Positions 1 through 6,666 of a stretch of DNA of 7,080 nucleotides are shown piece after piece (within the stretch, counting starts at the first letter, position 1; each line of letters starts with the position of its first letter). The notes beneath the pieces were generated by a model. That model saw nothing but the letters and a program-made list of their open reading frames with translations, did not search any database and was not told the DNA's origin. The translations under genes and the position numbers were made by a program. Source of the stretch: a virus (lineage: Duplodnaviria > Heunggongvirae > Uroviricota > Caudoviricetes); the IMG/VR virus record IMGVR_UViG_2698536511_000012. One strand, given 5' to 3'.

Positions 1-189
1 GAACAGGAGGGACAGCTGATAGAAACAGAAGCCACTGGAGCACCTCAAAAACACCATCATACACTAAATCAGTAAGTTGGCAGCATCACCGGGGGCGCAG
101 ACCCTGATTATGTTATCTGGGCGAAAGAAGTTCAGGGTATTAACCGTGCATGGACTTTCAGACACTGGAAAGGCACTGGAACGGTTGGC

Positions 190-588
190 GTGATGGTGGC
201 GACAAACGATCCGGAACGCCCGGCCCCGGATGAAAGCGTGATTAACGCAGTCAGGGACCACATCCTTCCTCTGGCACCTGTTGCCGGAAGCGGATTGTAT
301 GTATTCGGTGCCACAGAAAAAGTCATCCCGATGACGATTGCATTATCGAAAGACACACCGCAGATCAGGACTGCAATAAAAGCAGAGCTGAATGCACTGA
401 TGTTACGGGATGGTGTGCCAGAGGGGCGTATGTATCTGTCCAGAATCAGTGAGGCCATCAGTTTGTCTGCTGGTGAAGTGGCCCACCGGTTAATCGTCCC
501 TTCATCGGATATTGACCTGGGGGAGACCGAGCTTCCGGTGCTCGGCGAGATCACCTGGCAGGCTTATGACCCGGCAAGGAGTAAATAA
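190..588 (+). CDS. Baseplate assembly protein J-like (gp47/P2 gpJ family), C-terminal portion only; probably a 5'-truncated remnant
   Basis: The translation resembles the C-terminal third of P2 gpJ/Mu gp47-type baseplate proteins. Similarity in the same frame extends upstream to about position 76 with no start codon, and an in-frame TAA sits at 73-75. Sequence upstream of 73 in all three frames does not resemble the J family. The stop overlaps the next gene's ATG (TAATG at 586-590), which is typical operon coupling. Confidence 0.6.
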   Translation: MMVATNDPERPAPDESVINAVRDHILPLAPVAGSGLYVFGATEKVIPMTIALSKDTPQIRTAIKAELNALMLRDGVPEGRMYLSRISEAISLSAGEVAHRLIVPSSDIDLGETELPVLGEITWQAYDPARSK

Positions 589-1178
589 TGGATTCGTTAC
601 AGGATGATTATACAAAGCTGCTGTACGGACTGATGCCGCCGGGGCCTGCATGGTCAGATACCGACGGTGTACTTGACGGTCTGGCACCATCGCTTGTGCG
701 TGTTCACCAGCGGGCTGATGAACTGGTGATTGAAATCGATCCCGGTCAGTCCACAGAGCTGATTGAACGTTATGAAGAATTGTATGGTTTACCTGATTCC
801 TGTTCCCCTGTCGGAACCCAGACATTACGCCAGCGTCAGCAACGTCTTGAAGCAAAAGCCAATGTGGCTGGTGGCATAAATGAGCAGTTCTTCCTGGATC
901 AGCTTGAGGCGCTGGGATATACCGGCGTAACGATCGAACAGTTCCAGCACTTGGATGCAAGCCCCGATCCGGAATGGGGAGATCGCTGGCGTTATTTCTG
1001 GCGTGTGACGTTGCCGATGGATGCCGGTGCTCAGTGGCAGACATGCACGGACGCCTGCAACACACCGATCCGGACGTGGGGGGATACGGTTGCGGAGTGC
1101 GTGATTAATAAATTATGTCCGTCACACACCGTCGTTTTATTTTCCTATCCAGATGAGGATGAAGATGCACAGGATTGA
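588..1178 (+). CDS. Phage tail protein I-like (P2 gpI / YmfQ-like, DUF2313-type) baseplate protein
   Basis: 196-aa ORF with an AGGAG Shine-Dalgarno at 576-580 upstream of ATG 588. It sits between the J-like and tail-fiber genes as in the P2/Mu baseplate order J-I-fiber. The protein resembles YmfQ/gpI-family proteins as I recall them. Confidence 0.75.
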   Translation: MDSLQDDYTKLLYGLMPPGPAWSDTDGVLDGLAPSLVRVHQRADELVIEIDPGQSTELIERYEELYGLPDSCSPVGTQTLRQRQQRLEAKANVAGGINEQFFLDQLEALGYTGVTIEQFQHLDASPDPEWGDRWRYFWRVTLPMDAGAQWQTCTDACNTPIRTWGDTVAECVINKLCPSHTVVLFSYPDEDEDAQD

Positions 1179-2205
1179 TACGCTGACTGCGGTAAAAGAT
1201 AAGTTTGGTCCGGGTAAGAACGGATTTACTGACGGAAATCTTCGCACAGGACGTCTTGCTACCTGGCTGAACAGTGCCATGTGGAATGCCATTCAGGAGG
1301 AAATCTGTGGTGTCATTGAGAAGGCCGGGATAGAACTGAATAAAGAAGAACACGACCAGCTATATAAGGCTATATTATTGCTGGTGGGCGGTGCAATTAA
1401 CGAAGAGGCATTGCTGATAAAAAATAACCTTTCGGATGTGGAAGACAGGGATGAGGCTGTTGAAAACCTCGGATTAAAACCCACGGTGGATAAGGCAAAA
1501 AATGCCGTTCAGCGTGATGGCGACACCATGACCGGAGAGCTGAAAATCCGTGGTGTTAATGCGCTGAGGATTTTCAACGAAGCTTTTGGCCTGATTTTTC
1601 GTCGTTCGGAAGAGTGCCTGCACCTTATTCCCACCAGTGAAGGTCAGGGGGAAAATGGCGATATTGGTCCCCTGCGCCCGTTCACCATTAATCTGCGGAC
1701 GGGTGAAATATCCATGTCGCATAAAGTGTCTGTTGGCGGTGGTTCGCAGGTCAATGGTGCGCTGGGTATCGGCGTTCAGAACGCCCTGGGGGGGAATTCA
1801 ATTGTTCTTGGTGATAATGACACCGGATTCAAACAGAATGGTGATGGCCTGCTGGATGTTTATGCCAATAGCGTGCATGTGTTGCGTTTTCAGAGTGGCA
1901 GTATCCAGAGTAATAAAGCTGTAAACGTTACAGGACGGGTAACACCGTCAGACTACGGAAACTTTGATGCCCGTTACCAGCAGCGAAATGGTGGCGTGCA
2001 GGATGTGCGGTATGGTTATGAAATGTATTACCCCCCCGGCAGTAACACCGTTTCGTGGACATTTCGCTCACCTTCGGGACACGGGCTGTCAGGGATATCG
2101 ATATCGGATACCGGCCGTAACTCAGCGGATAACGTCAACGGCGTGTATTACCGACCGCTGCAAAAACTGATTAATGGCACCTGGTATAACGTAGCGAGTA
2201 TTTAA
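1165..2205 (+). CDS. Phage tail fiber protein (Mu S / P2 gpH-type C-terminal receptor-binding domain); alternative starts at ATG 1153 or 1159
   Basis: The C-terminal ~160 aa (IVLGDNDTGFKQNGDG...DVYAN...NFDARY...INGTWYNVASI) closely match the conserved C-terminus of P2 gpH and related Mu/P1 S fibers as I recall it. The N-terminal region has the W-N-x-IQEE...AGI pattern of fiber baseplate-attachment domains. A GAGGA motif lies 5 nt before ATG 1165. Confidence 0.8.
   Translation: MHRIDTLTAVKDKFGPGKNGFTDGNLRTGRLATWLNSAMWNAIQEEICGVIEKAGIELNKEEHDQLYKAILLLVGGAINEEALLIKNNLSDVEDRDEAVENLGLKPTVDKAKNAVQRDGDTMTGELKIRGVNALRIFNEAFGLIFRRSEECLHLIPTSEGQGENGDIGPLRPFTINLRTGEISMSHKVSVGGGSQVNGALGIGVQNALGGNSIVLGDNDTGFKQNGDGLLDVYANSVHVLRFQSGSIQSNKAVNVTGRVTPSDYGNFDARYQQRNGGVQDVRYGYEMYYPPGSNTVSWTFRSPSGHGLSGISISDTGRNSADNVNGVYYRPLQKLINGTWYNVASI
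1457..1482 (+). other. Relic DNA-invertase (hix/gix/cix-type) crossover-like motif at the constant/variable junction of the tail fiber gene
   Basis: CTGTTGAAAACC-TC-GGATTAAAACCC: the left half is close to the Hin hixL half-site TTCTTGAAAACC, and the AAAACCTCGG core is identical to the reverse complement of the Mu gixL core (site sequences recalled from memory). The right half is degenerate. It encodes the ENLGLK junction motif at 1462-1479. Confidence 0.35.
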
Positions 2206-2207
2206 CA

Positions 2208-2753
2208 ATGTTGCATTTAAAAAATATTACGGCAGGTAATCCGAAAACCGCGGAATAATATCAGCTGACAAAACAGTATGATGTCACCTGGCTTTTTTCG
2301 GAAGACGGCAAAAACTGGTATGAAGAACAGAAGAACTTTGCCAGTGACACCATAAAAATGGTTTACACCGGAGACGGGCGCGTGGTGTGGGTCGGTAAGG
2401 ATGTGACAGGCATTGAACCCCGTAACGCCAGTGTTATTGAAGTTCCTGATATTACCGCCAACCGCCGCATTACCGCGCCGGGTTACTGGTTTTACCGCAA
2501 TGATGAATTTGTCTTTGACTACAGACTCAAAGCGGAAGATGAGCGTGATGCCCTTCTGGCTCAGGTCAGTGCCCGGACAGGGGAATGGGAAGAAGACCTG
2601 CTGCTGGGGCTAATCAGCGACGAAGACCGGGAAAAACTGAAAGCGTACCGTATTTACGCGAAATCGCTGCAGGCGATGGATTTCAGCACCATCACTGATA
2701 AATCCTCATATAACGCCATTGAATGGTCCGTCTCTCCGGAAGGTTCTTCCTGA
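2208..2753 (+). pseudogene. Tail fiber assembly protein (P2 gpG / Tfa family) interrupted by an in-frame TAA at 2256-2258; longest intact ORF is 2358-2753
   Basis: ATG 2208 opens with MLHLKNITAGNPKTAE, matching the conserved Tfa/gpG N-terminus (MxHLKNI..GNPKTKEQYQLTK), then hits TAA where the family has a glutamine codon (CAA). The same frame continues as YQLTKQYDVTWLFSEDGKNWYEE... into the 2358-2753 ORF, which carries the SVIEVPDITANRR motif of gpG. Confidence 0.7.
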
Positions 2754-2776
2754 TTTAATTTATCGCGAGAAAAACT

Positions 2777-4045
2777 ATGTCTGTAGTGATATCAGGTGCG
2801 CTGACTGATGGCGCAGGCATCCCCATGTCCGGATGCCAGATTATTCTGAAATCCCGTGTAAACACCTCAGAAGTGGTGATGCGTACCAGGGCTGATGTAG
2901 TGACCGGAAATAACGGTGAATATTCGTTTGAGGCACAGGTCGGAAAATATTGCGTGTATCTGAAACGGGACTGGCGCGACGAGTACTGTGTTGGCGACAT
3001 TGCTGTATACGACGACTCAAAGCCCGGCACGCTGAATGACTTTCTGATTGCTCCTGATGAGGGCGACCTGAAACCGGATGTCGTCAAACGCTTTGAGGAA
3101 ATGGTGGCGCAGGCGCAGCAGAGCGCCGGGGCCGCAGCCGGAAACGCACAGCAGACGGCGCAGGATGTGGCGGCAGCCGCAGGTTATGCCCGCGCAGCAG
3201 AGCAGGCCAAAAATGACATTGATGCTGCGCTGACCGGCACTCTGAAAACGGCTAACCATCTGTCTGAAATCGCAGCAGCAGGCGAAAAGGCACAACAGAA
3301 GTCCCGGGATAATCTGGGGCTGAAAAGTGCGGCCACGATGGAAGCACAGAGCGACATTTACGACCGGACAAAAGGCCGTCTGGCGATACCCGGCGCATTC
3401 GGCTTTGGGTGTGCTTTTCTGCCTGAAGATGTTATCCGTTTTGACACTAAGAGTGATTTCCTGGCCTGGGTAAGGAATGCGCTGCCAGGTGAATATTCCG
3501 TTGCTGGCCCCTACGACATCATCATACCCGACACACGGTTTGAAGGGGTGCTCAGCATCCGGTGGACTGATGCACGCCCTGAGACAACAGAACCGAGGTA
3601 CAGAGCCAAATCCCTTACTTTTTACGGCATTAACGGCCCCATTTATCACACCCGCTACTGCTACTGGCCCATATCCAGACTGACTGGCTGGGTGAAAATA
3701 AATATAACCACAGAAGATATTATTTACAGAATCGTGGCGAGCTCTGTCTGCAACAGATGGGGAGACCCTGACATTGGCGGGCTGATTATTGCTGCGTACC
3801 AGGGAGAAGCTGACGGTGATAAAGTCATCAGACTTGTCAGGGGGCAGTCATACAGAGGCTCACGACTGGGACCGGTGGGGATTTCAGTGCCCAGTACTCC
3901 CACCGGAACGTATATAGCATCCCCACAATTTTTCATTACGGGATGTTCAGAGCATTCATTACCGGGGTCATATAGCGCCCTGTCCGGGGTGCCGGATGCT
4001 CATGTCTCTGGCGCAATGCCCGGGCTTTTTATTCGCACATCGTGA
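2777..4045 (+). CDS. Tail fiber protein with a lambda Stf-like N-terminal domain, Ala/Gln-rich shaft, and a ~230-aa C-terminal domain of unrecognised family
   Basis: The N-terminus (MSVVISGALTDGAGIPMSGCQIILK...YDDSKPGTLNDFL...RFEEMV) parallels the lambda side tail fiber N-terminal domain (MAVKISGVLKDGTGKPVQNCTIQLK...YEDSQPGTLNDFL...). It is followed by an A/Q-rich segment and a DNLGLK junction at 3308-3325. The C-terminal half matches nothing I recognise. Confidence 0.75.
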   Translation: MSVVISGALTDGAGIPMSGCQIILKSRVNTSEVVMRTRADVVTGNNGEYSFEAQVGKYCVYLKRDWRDEYCVGDIAVYDDSKPGTLNDFLIAPDEGDLKPDVVKRFEEMVAQAQQSAGAAAGNAQQTAQDVAAAAGYARAAEQAKNDIDAALTGTLKTANHLSEIAAAGEKAQQKSRDNLGLKSAATMEAQSDIYDRTKGRLAIPGAFGFGCAFLPEDVIRFDTKSDFLAWVRNALPGEYSVAGPYDIIIPDTRFEGVLSIRWTDARPETTEPRYRAKSLTFYGINGPIYHTRYCYWPISRLTGWVKINITTEDIIYRIVASSVCNRWGDPDIGGLIIAAYQGEADGDKVIRLVRGQSYRGSRLGPVGISVPSTPTGTYIASPQFFITGCSEHSLPGSYSALSGVPDAHVSGAMPGLFIRTS

Positions 4046-4055
4046 GGAATGCACC

Positions 4056-4757
4056 GTGGAAATTAAAAAAATCATTAATCCCCGTTATACCGAAAGTGGC
4101 GCAGTAGACTGTGACGTTTTTTTTGACGACAGGGACCAGGCAGTCCCCTACACAGCCACCGCTGATGATGTCGCACCGACGGGTCAGCGAATCTGGCAGG
4201 AACTGCAAAGTGGCAAATGGGGTGAGATAGCCCCATTCACTGTGACACCAGAAATGCTGGAAGCGGCCAGAGAGGCCAGACGTCAGGAAATTGAAGCATG
4301 GCGCACAGAACAGGAGGCGAAGCCGTTCACGTTTGAATGGAANNNNNNNNNNNNNNNNNNNNNNNNNNNNNNNNNNNNNNNNNNNNNNNNNNNNNNNNNN
4401 NNNNNNNNNNNNNNNNNNNNNNNNNNNNNNNNNNNNNNNNNNNNNNNNNNNNNNNNNNNNNNNNNNNNNNNNNNNNNNNNNNNNNNNNNNNNNNNNNNNN
4501 NNNNNNACTCACTGGGCCGCCTGTCCCCGGTAGTCATGCTGGCAAAATCTGTCACAGCACAAACGCATATGGCGTGGGGTGATGCCGATAATCAGCAGGT
4601 GAAACTGTCGATGCCGGAACTGGAAGAACTGGCGGCAGCAATGGTGCAGGCGCAGGTCGATCGCAACGATGAGATTTATCGCCGTCAGCGTGAAATGAAA
4701 GAGGAGCTGAGTGGTCTGGAGGATTTGGGAACAATTAGAGCGTTTGATGTTACGTAA
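4056..4757 (+). CDS. Putative tail fiber assembly/chaperone-like protein (possibly DUF4376-type); internal region 4343-4506 is N-masked
   Basis: The ORF follows the fiber gene immediately. The likely start is GTG 4056, preceded by GAGG at 4044-4047, rather than the out-of-context ATG 3996 that overlaps the fiber gene by 50 nt. The reading frame is continuous across the N-run in absolute coordinates. The family assignment is from memory and uncertain. Confidence 0.55.
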   Translation: MEIKKIINPRYTESGAVDCDVFFDDRDQAVPYTATADDVAPTGQRIWQELQSGKWGEIAPFTVTPEMLEAAREARRQEIEAWRTEQEAKPFTFEWXXXXXXXXXXXXXXXXXXXXXXXXXXXXXXXXXXXXXXXXXXXXXXXXXXXXXXXXSLGRLSPVVMLAKSVTAQTHMAWGDADNQQVKLSMPELEELAAAMVQAQVDRNDEIYRRQREMKEELSGLEDLGTIRAFDVT

Positions 4758-4803
4758 TTGGTAAGCTGCATCGTGTTAAATTGTTACCCTTATTTACAAC
4801 TAG

Positions 4804-4837
4804 AAAAGCCTCTGACTTCATAATCAGAGGCTTTTTT
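4804..4837 (+). terminator. Rho-independent terminator (possibly bidirectional) closing the tail-fiber operon
   Basis: GC-rich stem GCCTCTGA (4808-4815) pairs with TCAGAGGC (4824-4831) around an 8-nt loop, followed by TTTTTT (4832-4837). An A-run precedes the stem, so the reverse strand also shows a hairpin plus a short T-run. Confidence 0.55.
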
Positions 4838-4838
4838 G

Positions 4839-4854
4839 AAATGCACGTGCATTT
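4839..4854. repeat. 16-bp perfect palindrome AAATGCACGTGCATTT
   Basis: Exact reverse-complement symmetry read directly from the sequence, immediately 3' of the terminator T-run in the gap between the prophage genes and ssrA. Function unknown. Confidence 0.4.
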
Positions 4855-4955
4855 TGCGTGTATATTTTTGTCTTTTTCTGGTCCGCTTACTGTCTGGTCA
4901 GTGTCCGTAAGTGACTGTTTTTATAGTCTCTGTCCGGTTGCAGTCCTGTCAAAAG

Positions 4956-5361
4956 TGGTGGAGCTGGCGGGAGTTGAACCCGCGTCCGAAATTCCTACAT
5001 CCTCGGTNNNNNNNNNNNNNNNNNNNNNNNNNNNNNNNNNNNNNNNNNNNNNNNNNNNNNNNNNNNNNNNNNNNNNNNNNNNNNNNNNNNNNNNNNNNNN
5101 NNNNNNNNNNNNNNNNNNNNNNNNNNNNNNNNNNNNNNNNNNNNNNNNNNNNNNNNNNNNNNNNNNNNNNNNNNNNNNNNNNNNNNNNNNNNNNNNNNNN
5201 NNNNNNNNNNNNNNNNNNGAGAGGGCTCTAAGCAGGTTATTAAGCTGCTAAAGCGTAGTTTTCGTCGTTTGCGACTATTTTTTGCGGCTTTTTACGAGGC
5301 CAACCGCCCCTCGGCATGCACCTTGGGTTTCGCAAATCCCGTCGAATCCAGAATCAGCCCC
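4956..5361 (-). ncRNA. ssrA: tmRNA (SsrA / 10Sa RNA); middle portion N-masked (5008-5218)
   Basis: The reverse complement of 5219-5361 reads GGGGCTGATTCTGGATTCGACGGG...GCTTAGAGCCCTCTC, identical to the first 143 nt of E. coli tmRNA. The reverse complement of 4956-5007 reads ACCGAGGATGTAGGAATTTCGGACGCGGGTTCAACTCCCGCCAGCTCCACCA, the tmRNA 3' end with CCA. It lies downstream of smpB on the same strand, as in E. coli. Confidence 0.9.
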
Positions 5362-5369
5362 AATGTGTA

Positions 5370-5410
5370 AAGGTAAGTATACCAGATTTATGAGCGCCAT
5401 GACCAGCCTC
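5370..5410 (-). promoter_or_regulatory. Putative ssrA promoter (-10 TATACT on the minus strand at 5376-5381)
   Basis: A TATACT hexamer lies about 7-15 nt upstream of the mature tmRNA 5' end, consistent with a short precursor leader. The -35 region is only a weak match (TGGTCA). Sequence-only inference. Confidence 0.3.
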
Positions 5411-5575
5411 AATGGCGTTATCGTTAAAGATTTAGCACCCATGTAGCCTGATTTTTATTCGATTAAGCAATGGGATGGCAACATTTGTGTCGGATGTGAT
5501 AGCCAATAAGATGTTCATTCGCGCCGCCGGAGAGGGAGGCGCGGTGAGGAACTGGTCAATAATTGGAGTGCAGGT

Positions 5576-6058
5576 TTAACGGTGGGCGTTTTTCATGATA
5601 CGTGCTTTATCCACCTGCCATTCGCGTTCTTTGATATCTGAACGTTTATCGTGCTGTTTTTTACCTTTGGCGACGCCGATTTTCACTTTGCACCAGGCAT
5701 TTTTCCAGTACAGGGAGAGCGCCACTACGGTATAGCCTTCTCGATTGACGCGACCGTACAATGAGTCCAGTTCGCGCTGGTTGAGAAGTAACTTGCGGGT
5801 ACGGGTAGGATCGCACACCACATGCGTGGAGGCCACGGCCATTGGCGTGATGTTAGCGCCAAACAGAAATGCCTCTCCGTCACGCAGAAGGACGTAGCTG
5901 TCGCTGATATTGGCTTTTCCTGCGCGCAGGGATTTAACTTCCCAGCCTTGCAGGGCAAGTCCCGCTTCGAACTCTTCTTCGATAAAGTATTCGTGACGGG
6001 CGCGCTTGTTAAGCGCGATGGTCGCTGAACCAGGTTTATGTGCTTTTTTCTTCGTCAT
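5576..6058 (-). CDS. smpB: SsrA-binding protein SmpB
   Basis: The 160-aa translation ([81 protein letters not shown]...) matches E. coli SmpB. It sits directly upstream of ssrA on the same strand. Confidence 0.95.
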
Positions 6059-6189
6059 AAGCGTCGTGAATCATCGGTAATCTGAAATCGAAAACACCCC
6101 ATATCAATCCTGCGGGGGACAAGGCTCTATCTTAGCATGAACCCGATGTTACCCAGCGCCGGGATAGCGTTTTTTTTACAGCAGGATAA

Positions 6190-6666
6190 ATGATATTATT
6201 TGTTGGATTTTTGTTGATGGAAATAGTTATGCCTCAGATTAGCCGGACCGCACTGGTACCCTACAGCGCGGAGCAAATGTATCAGTTAGTGAATGACGTT
6301 CAGTCTTATCCTCAGTTTTTGCCGGGTTGTACCGGAAGTCGGATTCTGGAGTCCACTCCTGGGCAGATGACTGCGGCGGTAGATGTCTCTAAGGCTGGGA
6401 TCAGCAAAACGTTTACTACCCGCAACCAGTTGACCAGTAACCAAAGTATTCTTATGAATCTGGTGGATGGGCCGTTCAAGAAATTGATTGGTGGATGGAA
6501 GTTTACGCCGCTGAGCCAGGAGGCGTGTCGTATCGAGTTTCATCTCGACTTTGAGTTTACCAATAAGTTGATTGAACTCGCCTTTGGTCGCGTGTTTAAA
6601 GAGCTGGCGTCTAATATGGTCCAGGCTTTTACGGTTCGTGCGAAAGAGGTTTACAGTGCTAGGTAA
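6190..6666 (+). CDS. ratA: Ribosome association toxin RatA (YfjG; SRPBCC/polyketide cyclase-like fold); alternative start at ATG 6229 ([10 protein letters not shown]...)
   Basis: The translation matches E. coli RatA/YfjG as I recall it. It is divergent from smpB, as in the E. coli chromosome. Which of the two in-frame starts is used cannot be decided from sequence. Confidence 0.85.
   Translation: MILFVGFLLMEIVMPQISRTALVPYSAEQMYQLVNDVQSYPQFLPGCTGSRILESTPGQMTAAVDVSKAGISKTFTTRNQLTSNQSILMNLVDGPFKKLIGGWKFTPLSQEACRIEFHLDFEFTNKLIELAFGRVFKELASNMVQAFTVRAKEVYSAR

Larger units (their letters stand above)
1..4955. mobile_element. Defective/mosaic prophage remnant (baseplate and tail-fiber host-range module) adjacent to the 3' end of ssrA; left boundary lies outside the window, right boundary is approximate (between 4757 and 4955)
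   Basis: Consecutive same-strand ORFs resemble phage baseplate J, gpI, tail fiber and tail fiber assembly proteins. They end about 200 bp from the tmRNA 3' end, where many enterobacterial prophages integrate. Decay is suggested by a J-like gene lacking its 5' half and a tfa gene with an internal stop. No integrase or att repeat is visible in the window. Confidence 0.6.

Noticed and set aside
64-1353. Minus-strand ORFs 64-261, 132-554, 502-1065 and 1105-1353 antisense to the J-like, I-like and fiber genes
   Set aside because: They overlap plus-strand genes that have recognisable phage-protein similarity and operon-style coupling. The antisense translations are low-complexity (R/H/P/S-rich) and recall no family.
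1474-3936. Embedded or antisense ORFs inside the fiber genes (1474-1722 -, 1637-1924 +, 1964-2170 +, 2413-2613 +, 2755-3087 -, 3017-3649 -, 3477-3683 +, 3724-3936 -)
   Set aside because: Alternative-frame artefacts of the long fiber coding regions. Cys/Arg-rich compositions are typical of out-of-frame translation, and none has its own plausible start context.
3996-4055. ATG 3996 as the start of the chaperone-like gene
   Set aside because: It would overlap the fiber gene by 50 nt and add a hydrophobic leader (MLMSLAQCPGFLFAHREECT). GTG 4056 has a GAGG motif 8 nt upstream and sits just past the fiber stop, so it is the more plausible start.
1153-4757. An active invertible host-range switch (Mu G-segment-like) spanning the two fiber cassettes
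   Set aside because: Both fiber/chaperone pairs are on the same strand. Only one degenerate hix/gix-like site is present (1457-1482), with no inverted partner and no serine invertase in the window. I treat it as a relic.
2777-4757. An anti-phage defence system at the position equivalent to the P2 Z/fun hotspot after the gpG-like gene
   Set aside because: The first ORF has a clear Stf-type fiber N-terminus and shaft, and the second looks like a fiber chaperone. I see no nuclease, ATPase, reverse transcriptase or other defence-type motif. This is left as a low-probability alternative pending structure or HMM searches.
4283-5251. ORFs running through the N-masked runs (4283-4555 -, 4291-4533 +, 4327-4512 -, 4337-4582 +, 4781-5251 +, 4911-5231 +)
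   Set aside because: They exist only because N codons are translated as X. 4781-5251 and 4911-5231 also run through the tmRNA gene.
5725-6543. ORFs 5725-5958 (-), 5822-6028 (+) and 6286-6543 (-) overlapping smpB and ratA
   Set aside because: They lie within or antisense to genes whose products match known E. coli proteins, so they are spurious frames.
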